A stretch of DNA of 64,000 nt. It comes from Acidimicrobiia bacterium. Its GTDB lineage: Bacteria > Actinomycetota > Acidimicrobiia > Spongiisociales > ZC4RG35. The stretch spans positions 4,856-68,855 of the forward strand of contig JBOGEX010000057.1 of the NCBI GenBank assembly GCA_050741915.1, written 5' to 3'. The notes under the pieces are model-generated. The model did no database searches and was not told the origin of the DNA. It saw only the letters and a program-made list of their open reading frames with translations. This document shows, one piece after another, positions 33,392 through 41,205 of the stretch (positions are counted from its first letter, which is position 1; each line of letters starts with the position of its first letter). Made by a program: the position numbers and the translations under genes.

Positions 33392-34476
33392 GGCGTCACC
33401 GTTCGAATCACCACCAGCCGGTCGGCGGCCGACTCTGCCCCCCAGACCTCGCCCGGTCGCCCCAGCATCTGGCGAACATTGGCTGGGCTGGCGTCCGAGA
33501 GAAAGCTCTCAAAGATCTCCGTCATCGGGTCAAAACGGACGATGGCGTTGGCGCCAAAGTCGGTGAGCCACACCGCGTCGATCTCGTCGACAAAAACCGA
33601 ATATGCCTGCGGGGCGTCGCCTGGCAGACGCCATTCAGTCCAAGTCGAGGTCTTCGGGTCATAGACACCGACCTGACCGGCGTTCCACTCACTCACCCAA
33701 AGACGGCCGGCGGAATCGGACCAAACCCTGCGAAGCCCGGCGCCCGGCGTCGGCGGATCGATCACCGTGACGGCGCCACTAGCTCGATCAATTGCGCCTA
33801 GGTAGCTGCCGGCGAGGGAACTGAAATAGATCTCGCCCTCGGGCGTGGCGGTGATGCCGTATGGCCCCGGCCCGCGTGGGGCAGGAAAGGTTTCGATCGC
33901 GCCGCGGGCGAGATCGAGTCGGCCGTACCACCCTGCTTGTCCGGTGAACCACAACGTCCCCTCGCCGTCGAACGCGGCAGTGTTGAGATTGGCATCGGGG
34001 GCCTCGGCCGGCAATGGGAAGGTGTCAATCGCGAAGGACTCCGGGTCGACGCGCACGATGGCGTTGAGACCGCCATCCGTAATCCACGGTTGACCAGCAG
34101 GTCCGACGATCACACCGTGTGGGGCGGAACCGGGTCCGAGTTCGATCTCTTCTGTTTCACCGCTTTCAGGATCCAACCAACCAAGGGCGCCCCGGCGCTG
34201 GGCGGTATACCAGATGCCGCCATCAACTGCCGGAGCGACATCGTGTGGCCTGGAGCCGGCGGGCACGGGATAGGCATCGAGGACGAACTGTGCTGGCGCC
34301 GCGGGCGCGCTCGTCGACGGAGTCTCGGTGGAGGTAGTTCCGGACTCAGCCACCGTGACTGTCGTTGGTGCGGAGAGGGTGGTCGGAGGAAGGACGGTGG
34401 AGGACGGAGGAGACAAAGACGAACATGCCAGAACCATGAACGCGCTGACAATGGATGCCCGACTTCTGCCCTTCAA
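33388..34476 (-). CDS. Lipoprotein with beta-propeller repeats, Vgb (streptogramin lyase)-like / COG4257-like
   Basis: Repeated GP.GI....G.(I/L)W(F/V)T motifs. A TTG start at 34476 gives (M)KGRSRASIVSAFMVLAC with a lipobox, and makes a TTGA overlap with the upstream stop. Confidence 0.6.
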   Translation of the reverse strand: MKGRSRASIVSAFMVLACSSLSPPSSTVLPPTTLSAPTTVTVAESGTTSTETPSTSAPAAPAQFVLDAYPVPAGSRPHDVAPAVDGGIWYTAQRRGALGWLDPESGETEEIELGPGSAPHGVIVGPAGQPWITDGGLNAIVRVDPESFAIDTFPLPAEAPDANLNTAAFDGEGTLWFTGQAGWYGRLDLARGAIETFPAPRGPGPYGITATPEGEIYFSSLAGSYLGAIDRASGAVTVIDPPTPGAGLRRVWSDSAGRLWVSEWNAGQVGVYDPKTSTWTEWRLPGDAPQAYSVFVDEIDAVWLTDFGANAIVRFDPMTEIFESFLSDASPANVRQMLGRPGEVWGAESAADRLVVIRTVTP

Positions 34477-35642
34477 CTTGCCAGCGCTCCCGCCAGATCC
34501 CCCTTTGGCTCGGCGATAACGTCCTCCAGCTCTAGCCATTCGGCCATTGCTCCCAGCTCCACCCGGATCCGCGCGGCAAGCGAATGAGGGTCGACCCCAG
34601 GCTCCACGTAAGCCCCGCGCACGAGCAGAGCCGACTTGCTGCGGTCGGCTTTGAGATCAAGGCGCCCAACCAAATCATTGTCAATGAGAACCGGAAACAC
34701 GTAGTAACCAAACGTACGCTTGGGGGCAGGGGTATAGATCTCGATGCGGTAGTGAAAATCGAATAGTCGCTCGGTCCGGGGTCGGAACCAGATCAAAGGG
34801 TCGAATGGACAAAGAAAGGCGACCGCCTCGATCTTCCGAGGCACAGAGGCCGCCGGGTCAAGGTAGGCCTTCTCGGTCCAACCCTCGACCTCGACTTCGA
34901 CCGCCTCGCCTGCTGCTACTAGCTCCTTTAGCAACGGCAAGCACGGTTTGTTGGCCTGGCGGAAATAGTCGGTGAGATCCGAGAAGGTGGCGACACCCTG
35001 ATGGCGCAGGGCGCGACGGAGTAACTCCTTGCGCTGTTCGCCCTCCGGCAGATCCCTCGCCAGAACATCTGCGGGGATGACTCTTTCGACGAGGTCGTAG
35101 TGGCGAACGAAGTTGACCCGGGTGGGGACCCCGAGCTTTCCACGCAGGAAGAGGCCCTCCAGGGCAGTCTTGGCTGGCGACCACTCCCACCACGGTCCGA
35201 GTCCGGTCTCGTGGGCATCAAGATCCGAGGGCCGAGTCGGACCGTTCTGGCGGATCTGGGTCAGGACCCTTTCGATCCCACCCGGGTTCTCTTGGCTCCA
35301 TCGTTCGAGGAAGTGCCAGCCCGACACCATTCGATGCCGATAGAGGGGCCAATCCTCCTTAGGAATGATGGCTGCCATATGTGCCCAGTATTCAGCGAGC
35401 TCCGCCTTCGGCCCCCACGTCATCTCGTCGAGCAGCGACATCGGATAGTTGCCGAGTCGGGCAAACATAGGGAGGTAGTGGGCGCGGGTCACGACGTTGA
35501 CCGAGTCGATCTGAAGTACGCCTATACGCTTCAGGACCCGGCGAATGTGCTGGCGAGTAATTCGTCCCTGGGGCCTCGGATCGGCAAAGCCCTGGGCAGC
35601 GAGGGCGACACGGCGAGCTTGAGAAAGAGAGAGCCGCCGCAT
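34473..35642 (-). CDS. Winged-helix DNA-binding protein, YcaQ-family (DNA glycosylase-like)
   Basis: MRRLSLSQARRVALAAQGF...IGVLQIDSVNVV.RAHYLP.F.R and YVFP.L..D..VGR.DLKADR. ORF trimmed to ATG 35642. Confidence 0.7.
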   Translation of the reverse strand: MRRLSLSQARRVALAAQGFADPRPQGRITRQHIRRVLKRIGVLQIDSVNVVTRAHYLPMFARLGNYPMSLLDEMTWGPKAELAEYWAHMAAIIPKEDWPLYRHRMVSGWHFLERWSQENPGGIERVLTQIRQNGPTRPSDLDAHETGLGPWWEWSPAKTALEGLFLRGKLGVPTRVNFVRHYDLVERVIPADVLARDLPEGEQRKELLRRALRHQGVATFSDLTDYFRQANKPCLPLLKELVAAGEAVEVEVEGWTEKAYLDPAASVPRKIEAVAFLCPFDPLIWFRPRTERLFDFHYRIEIYTPAPKRTFGYYVFPVLIDNDLVGRLDLKADRSKSALLVRGAYVEPGVDPHSLAARIRVELGAMAEWLELEDVIAEPKGDLAGALAS

Positions 35643-35670
35643 GGGGAGGGTGAGGGTAGGCGGCGACGTT

Positions 35671-35710
35671 CTGCGCGGATTTTCTCGGCTTATGGCGCGA
35701 AAAATCCGGC
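35671..35710. repeat. Hairpin repeat X1 (related to 54733-54775)
   Basis: ctgcgcggattttctcggcttatggcgcgaaaaatccggc. It shares the first 13 nt and the AAAATCCG arm with X2. Lies in the divergent ycaQ-like/purB intergenic region. Confidence 0.5.
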
Positions 35711-35726
35711 CAGGTACCCTCACGCC

Positions 35727-37037
35727 GTGATAGGCCGCTACTCGCTGCCCGCCATGGCGACCATCTGGTCCGAAACCCATCGCCTCGAGGTGTGGCACAA
35801 GGTCGAGTTGCTGGCGCTCGAGGGATGGGCGAAGTTGGGCGTGGCACCAGTCGAAGCGGTGGAGAGTTTGCGCGAGGCGCAAGTCCCCTCGCCGGAAGAG
35901 GTAGCTGAGCGCGAGAAAGTGACCGACCACGATCTCGCCGCCTTCGTCGATCTCCTTTCTGACCGGGTCGGAGCCGGTGGGGAATGGATCCATTTCGGAC
36001 TCACTTCTTCCGATGTTCTCGACACCGCCGGGGGCGCCATCCTCACCGAGGCTGCTCGACTCCTCCTTGACGGAATCGGCCAACTTTTCGACACTGCTCG
36101 CCGGATGGCTCTGGCCGAAAGGGACACCCCGATGATCGGTCGGACCCACGGCATCTGGGCTGAACCCACATCCTTCGGTCTCAAGATCGCCAGCTGGGCC
36201 TTCGAGCTGGCGCGGGATCACGAACGCATGGCCGCCGCCGAGGAAGCAGTGGGGGTGGGAAAGATCTCGGGGGCGGTGGGAACCTACGCCCACGCCCCAC
36301 CCGAGATCGAGGAGTACGTTTGTCAATCCCTCGGCCTCTCGTCGGAGCCGGCGTCGTCGCAAGTGACCGCACGTGACCGGCACGCCCAGTACCTGGGCGT
36401 CATCGCTCTCACCGGCGCCACCCTGGAACGGATCGCGACTGAGATCCGCCACCTGCAACGTTCTGAGGTGGGTGAGGTGAGGGAACCCTTTCGCGCCGGG
36501 CAGAAGGGCTCATCGGCAATGCCCCACAAACGCAACCCCATCGTGTCCGAGCGCATCACCGGCATGGCCCGCCTGCTCCGAGGCTTTGCTCAGACCGGGC
36601 TCGAGAACGTGGCCCTCTGGCACGAACGTGACATCAGCCATTCCTCGGCGGAAAGAGTTGCCCTCCCCGACGCCAGTCTGCTCCTCCACTACATGCTCTC
36701 GAAGATGAACGACCTCCTCGAAGGCTTGCTAGTCGATCGCGAGCGGATGAAGGCCAATCTCGATGCCTCCCACGGTCTCGTCTACAGCCAGGCAGTGCTG
36801 TTGGCCTTGGTCGAGGCGGGCCTCCAACGCGACGAGGCCTATCGGATCGTGCAGGAGAACGCTCTGCGCAGCTGGGACGAAGGGAGCGAGCTTTATCGGC
36901 TCCTGGCCGACGATCGGCGGGTCATCCTCGCTCCCGAGCGACTCCGCCAGTGCTTCCGACCGGAGGCCTTCCTGAGGCACAGCGGAGCTGTCTTCGAGCG
37001 ACTGGCAGCCGTCAACTTGTCCGATCAAAGGACTTGA
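35727..37037 (+). CDS. purB: Adenylosuccinate lyase
   Basis: (V)IGRYSLPAMATIWSE, GLTSSDVLDT and the signature GQKGSSAMPHKRNP. GTG start at 35727. Confidence 0.93.
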   Translation: MIGRYSLPAMATIWSETHRLEVWHKVELLALEGWAKLGVAPVEAVESLREAQVPSPEEVAEREKVTDHDLAAFVDLLSDRVGAGGEWIHFGLTSSDVLDTAGGAILTEAARLLLDGIGQLFDTARRMALAERDTPMIGRTHGIWAEPTSFGLKIASWAFELARDHERMAAAEEAVGVGKISGAVGTYAHAPPEIEEYVCQSLGLSSEPASSQVTARDRHAQYLGVIALTGATLERIATEIRHLQRSEVGEVREPFRAGQKGSSAMPHKRNPIVSERITGMARLLRGFAQTGLENVALWHERDISHSSAERVALPDASLLLHYMLSKMNDLLEGLLVDRERMKANLDASHGLVYSQAVLLALVEAGLQRDEAYRIVQENALRSWDEGSELYRLLADDRRVILAPERLRQCFRPEAFLRHSGAVFERLAAVNLSDQRT

Positions 37038-39184
37038 TGAGCGGGACTTTCACGGCCGCTCCCCACGGCGACATCCTCCACCTGCTGGTAATGGTCACCG
37101 TCCTTCTCGTCGCCGCTCGCGGCTTGGGGGAACTCAGCTCCCGGCTCGGTCAGCCGAGCGTGGTCGGCGAGATCCTGGCCGGCGTGCTTCTCGGTCCCTC
37201 GGTGCTTGGTGCCGTCGCTCCAGCCCTGGCAGCGTGGACCCTGCCCCAGAACGCGACGCAGGGTTATCTCCTCGAGGTGGTGGGACTGATCGGCGTGATG
37301 CTGCTCTTGATCATCACGGGCTTTGAAACCGACGTGGCCATGATCAAGCGGAAAGCCCGAACCGCTTTCGGGGTCTCCTCGGGAGGGCTGCCGACCTCGT
37401 TCCTTGCGGGCCTGGCGCTGGGCTGGTGGTTTCCGGCCGACCTCCTGGTCGACCCCAGCCAGCGCGTTGTCTTCGCCCTCACGCTGGCGACCGCGCTGGC
37501 GATCACCGCCATTCCGGTCTTGGCGAAGGTGCTCATGGATCTGGGGCTGATGCGACGCGACGTCGGTCAGACCATGCTCGCCTCAGGAATGATCTCCGAC
37601 ATCACTGGCTGGACGATGCTCGGCATTGTTACCTCGTTGGTATCGCTCGGTCGCCTCGCCCCGAGCGCGGTTCTCCAGGCGATCTTGACGGTCGCGTTCT
37701 TCGTCGTCGCCACCGCCACTCTCGGCCGCTATCTCGTCACCCGTGGTCTGGCTCTCGTCCAAGACCGACTAAAAAGTCGCGATCGACTCCTGACGCTAGT
37801 GATCGTGCTCGCTTTCGCTTGGGGCGCATTCACTCAATTCCTCGGGCTGGAGCCAGTGCTAGGGGCGTTTGCCATCGGGCTCCTTTTCGGGCAGATGCGC
37901 CGCCTGCCGGCGGACGTCGGGCAGAAACTCGAAGGCCTGGCGCTAGGAGTCTTCGGCCCGATCTTCTTCGCCATCGCCGGCCTCAAGGTAGATATCACCG
38001 GACTCGCCCAACCCCGTCTGTTGCGGCTGACGCTGCTCGTAGTGGCAGTGGCTACGGCATCGAAGACGATCGGTGCTTACCTGGGGGCCCGCTTCTTCGC
38101 CAAGCAGAGTCACTGGACCGCGCTCGCCTTCGGTAGTGGGCTCAATGCCCGAGGAGCGGTCGGGATCATCGTTGCCTCGATCGGGCTTTCCCTTGGCATT
38201 CTCAGCCAGGAAGTCTTTTCGATGGTCGTGGTCATGGCCGTGATTACTTCGTTGATGGCTCCCTTCGCCCTTCGCTACGTGATGCACCGCATAGAACCAG
38301 AGAAAGACGAAGCAGCCCGCCTTCGGCGCGAAGAAGCGGCCGCCGGATCACTCGTTTCGGAGATTCGGCGCGTGCTCCTTCCTGTGCGACCGCGGGGAAA
38401 CGTCCACGGCGGCGCCCAAACCATCGAGGCGGTGCTCCTCGGGCATCTAGCCCGCGATCACGGGCTAGCTGTGACTTTGATGTCGGTGTCCAATCGCGAT
38501 GGCCGAGCCCAATCGGTGGAGTTCCTCAATCAATTGGAGCCGCTGTTTGGCTTCGGAGCTGCCGTGACCAAACGAGTGGTCGAGGACAATGATCCGGTGG
38601 CCGCAGTTCTGAGCGAAGCCCAGCGCGACTACGACCTTGTCGTCCTCGGCGCAAGCGAGGTCGACTCCACTTCCGAAGCCCTCTTCGGTGGCGTCGTCGA
38701 CGAGATCGTTCGACTGGTCGGCGTTCCCTCGCTCGTCGTCCGGGGATCGTCAGTAGATGCCGATTGGCGGCCCCGGCGAATCGTCATCCCTACCGACGGC
38801 ACTCCCCATAGCCGGCGGGCGGCCGAGCTCGCCTATGCGGTGGCCGAACCCGATGCGTTGATCACTGTTGTCCACGTCGTCTCCCGCGACAGCTCAACCC
38901 TCACCACCGGGGCCGACCGGGCGGCGAGCAAGCTCGAGATAGGTCGCCAGCTAACGGACGATCTGCGGCAGGTGGGCGAGTCGATGGGCATCGCCACCGA
39001 GACCGAGGTTCGGATGGGCCCCGAACCCGAGGACGCCATTCTCGAGACCGCCCGCCGGACAAATGCGGACCTCGTCGTGCTGGGAACGGGAGTCAGAGCG
39101 GTTTCGTCGCGTCTCTTCCTGGGTCCCCGGGTCGAACGGATCTTGGCGGCCTGCCCCTGCCCTGTGGTCGTCATCAACACTTGA
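37037..39184 (+). CDS. Cation:proton antiporter (CPA2/Kef-type) fused to tandem universal-stress-protein domains
   Basis: About 12 TM segments (GQPSVVGEILAGVLLGPS) followed by two Usp-like modules (VLLPV..., IVIPTDGTPHSRRA...VVVIN). The ATG overlaps the purB TGA by 1 nt. Confidence 0.85.
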   Translation: MSGTFTAAPHGDILHLLVMVTVLLVAARGLGELSSRLGQPSVVGEILAGVLLGPSVLGAVAPALAAWTLPQNATQGYLLEVVGLIGVMLLLIITGFETDVAMIKRKARTAFGVSSGGLPTSFLAGLALGWWFPADLLVDPSQRVVFALTLATALAITAIPVLAKVLMDLGLMRRDVGQTMLASGMISDITGWTMLGIVTSLVSLGRLAPSAVLQAILTVAFFVVATATLGRYLVTRGLALVQDRLKSRDRLLTLVIVLAFAWGAFTQFLGLEPVLGAFAIGLLFGQMRRLPADVGQKLEGLALGVFGPIFFAIAGLKVDITGLAQPRLLRLTLLVVAVATASKTIGAYLGARFFAKQSHWTALAFGSGLNARGAVGIIVASIGLSLGILSQEVFSMVVVMAVITSLMAPFALRYVMHRIEPEKDEAARLRREEAAAGSLVSEIRRVLLPVRPRGNVHGGAQTIEAVLLGHLARDHGLAVTLMSVSNRDGRAQSVEFLNQLEPLFGFGAAVTKRVVEDNDPVAAVLSEAQRDYDLVVLGASEVDSTSEALFGGVVDEIVRLVGVPSLVVRGSSVDADWRPRRIVIPTDGTPHSRRAAELAYAVAEPDALITVVHVVSRDSSTLTTGADRAASKLEIGRQLTDDLRQVGESMGIATETEVRMGPEPEDAILETARRTNADLVVLGTGVRAVSSRLFLGPRVERILAACPCPVVVINT

Positions 39185-39188
39185 TTTC

Positions 39189-39240
39189 TGCGAACCCAGG
39201 GTTGACAGCGTTGTAGGACAACGCTGTCAACCCACAGAAC
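39189..39240 (+). repeat. Stop-proximal hairpin element, copy R3
   Basis: tgcgaacccagggttg|acagcgttgtaggacaacgctgt|caacccacagaac. Perfect 16-bp stem GGGTTGACAGCGTTGT/ACAACGCTGTCAACCC. Starts 5 nt after the antiporter TGA. Confidence 0.88.
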
Positions 39241-39282
39241 AAACCACTTCCCGTCGAACGCATTCTCTGGCACGGTTGACCG

Positions 39283-40185
39283 ATGAAGATCGACTATGAA
39301 CTCGGACAACTCGCCGCATCACAAGCTGGTTACTTAGGACATGATCAGGTCATCGAAAGGGGGATGACTCCAAACGCGATCCGTTGGCGTCTGGAAAGAA
39401 ACATCTGGATTCCAATCTCGAAAGGCCTTTATCGGATCGACGGAATGACCAGCGACTACAGGGGCCTGTTACGTGGTGCGACAGCGATCTTGCCCGAGGC
39501 GACCGTTTCACACGAGTCCGCTTCTGAGCTTCATGAGATTCCTTACGTGGGCCGTGGCAAGGCTGTAGTAACCGTCCACGCCGGCACAACCCATGACTTT
39601 CCCGATGTGACAGTTCACCGATCCATCGACTTGCTTCCTCATCACAGAATGAAAGTAAAAGGGCTATCCACGACCACTCCGGCGAGAACCCTCAACGATC
39701 TCCCCGCGGTACTGAGGGCCGAGCAAATGGCCATTGTTCTCGATGAGTCGCTGGCGGCCAAGATCGCCCCCATCGATGAGGTTGAGAGAGTCTTTCACGA
39801 GGTGGCCCGACGGGGACGGACTGGATCGGCACTGATGAGATCCCTTCTTCGGGAAAGGATTGGCTCTGACCTGATTCCCGCAACCCGAATCGAGCGGGTC
39901 GGTATGAGGGTGTTTGAGGACGGTGGTCTCGCTCGACCGATATTCCAATATCCGGCTCCCTGGGACCCGAATCGACGCATTGACTTCGCGTGGCCCCTGT
40001 TCTGCGTTGGCTGCGAGTGCGACAGTCGAAGGTGGCACACACGGTTGAAAGACTTCCAGAACGATCGAGATCGCGACAATCTCGCCCTCAATTACAACTG
40101 GCGCGTCTTCCGTTTCACTTGGGAAGACTTTCACCAGCGTCCACATCTGGTTGTTTCCCAACTCAGAACTGCCCTTGCCGCATGA
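39283..40185 (+). CDS. AbiEi-like N-terminal / DUF559 (Vsr-type endonuclease-fold) C-terminal domain protein
   Basis: The N-terminus has LAASQAGYLGHDQV...G.....I.WRL.......ISKGLYR. The C-terminus has RIDFAWP....GCECDSRRWH...D..RDN.L....WRVFRFTW.D. Codon usage is visibly AT-richer than in the neighbouring genes. Confidence 0.75.
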   Translation: MKIDYELGQLAASQAGYLGHDQVIERGMTPNAIRWRLERNIWIPISKGLYRIDGMTSDYRGLLRGATAILPEATVSHESASELHEIPYVGRGKAVVTVHAGTTHDFPDVTVHRSIDLLPHHRMKVKGLSTTTPARTLNDLPAVLRAEQMAIVLDESLAAKIAPIDEVERVFHEVARRGRTGSALMRSLLRERIGSDLIPATRIERVGMRVFEDGGLARPIFQYPAPWDPNRRIDFAWPLFCVGCECDSRRWHTRLKDFQNDRDRDNLALNYNWRVFRFTWEDFHQRPHLVVSQLRTALAA

Positions 40186-40204
40186 CTTCGTTGTTCTGAT
40201 ACGT

Positions 40205-40240
40205 GAATGGGGTGACCATACGTGAATGGTCACCCCATTC
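40205..40240 (+). terminator. Perfect 14-bp hairpin downstream of the DUF559 gene
   Basis: GAATGGGGTGACCA-tacgtgaa-TGGTCACCCCATTC. It is built around a direct repeat of ATACGTGAATGG (40199-40210 and 40218-40229). No U-tract. Confidence 0.4.
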
Positions 40241-40269
40241 TCATCCTTGGTGGTGGCGCCAGCCCATGA

Positions 40270-40322
40270 GAAGCTGTGGGCCCAGAGCGTTGTGGCACCA
40301 CTCCAGCAACCCTGGGTTCGCT
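40270..40322 (-). repeat. Stop-proximal hairpin element, copy R4 (degenerate stem)
   Basis: On the minus strand: agcgaacccagggttg|ctggagtggtgccacaacgctctg|ggcccacagcttc. The 5' flank is conserved at 15/16 positions. Its first G is the G of the ROK kinase TAG stop. Confidence 0.75.
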
Positions 40323-41205
40323 AGGGCACCAGCCAGGCTGCGCCCCGCACGCCGCTTGAGTCTCCGTGCCGATTTCTCAGCAATTGCGTAGAGACGGTGG
40401 GGGTGAAGGCATAACCAGCCCACAGCTCGGGGACTCTCTCGTAGATCTCGTCGACGTTGCTCATCCCTCCCCCGAGGACGATTGCATCAGGATCGAGCAC
40501 GTTGATGATGGTGGCAAGGGAGCGAGCGAGTCGGTCGCAGTAAAGGTCGAGATGAGCAACTGCCCGGACGTCGCCGTGACGAGCCGTCTGCACTACATCG
40601 ATGGCGGTAGGGGTGCCGGAGCGAGCCGCAAAGGCAGGGCCGGAGAGAAAGGTCTCGATGCAGCCGCTGAGCCCGCAATAACAATTCGGCCCTGGCCGCT
40701 CGTCGTCCCGCGGCCATGGCAGCGGATTGTGGCCCCATTCCCCGGCAACGGCATTAGGTCCAGAGAGCACCCTCCCGTCGACCACAACCCCTCCTCCTAC
40801 TCCCGTCCCGATGATGACGCCAAACACCACCGGCAGGTTGGCGGCCGCTCCATCGCGCGCCTCCGAAAGTGCGAAGCAGTCGGCATCGTTTCGTAAGACG
40901 ATCGGTCGTCCCAGGGCTCTTTCCAGATCAAGATGGAAAGGCTGGCCGTTGAGCGCGATCGAGTTTGAGTTCTTCAGCAAACGAGTTGCGGGGTCGATGG
41001 CACCGGGGGTGCCGATGCCGACCGTCGACAGAGTCGGCCCGTGAGTCCTTTCAAGCTCGGCGACGAGCTCGGCGATGCGGACGACGGTGGCGTCGTAGTC
41101 GCGGCGAGGGGTGGGGACACGGACACGCCCGCGTTCTATGCCAGCGTCGTCGAGCACGACCCCTTCGATCTTGGTCCCGCCGACATCGATCCCGATTCGG
41201 TTCAT
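40321..41205 (-). CDS. ROK-family sugar kinase (N-acetylglucosamine kinase-like)
   Basis: IGIDVGGTKIEG, NDADCFALSEA, GTGVGGG, and the Zn motif GEWGHNPLP...CYCG..GCIETFLSG. Confidence 0.88.
   Translation of the reverse strand: MNRIGIDVGGTKIEGVVLDDAGIERGRVRVPTPRRDYDATVVRIAELVAELERTHGPTLSTVGIGTPGAIDPATRLLKNSNSIALNGQPFHLDLERALGRPIVLRNDADCFALSEARDGAAANLPVVFGVIIGTGVGGGVVVDGRVLSGPNAVAGEWGHNPLPWPRDDERPGPNCYCGLSGCIETFLSGPAFAARSGTPTAIDVVQTARHGDVRAVAHLDLYCDRLARSLATIINVLDPDAIVLGGGMSNVDEIYERVPELWAGYAFTPTVSTQLLRNRHGDSSGVRGAAWLVP

Noticed and set aside
39189-40322. Reading the stop-proximal hairpins as integron attC sites and the DUF559 gene as a cassette.
   Set aside because: There are no RYYYAAC/GTTRRRY core sites at the hairpin ends, no extrahelical-base pattern, no intI gene or attI, and the two copies are inverted rather than direct.
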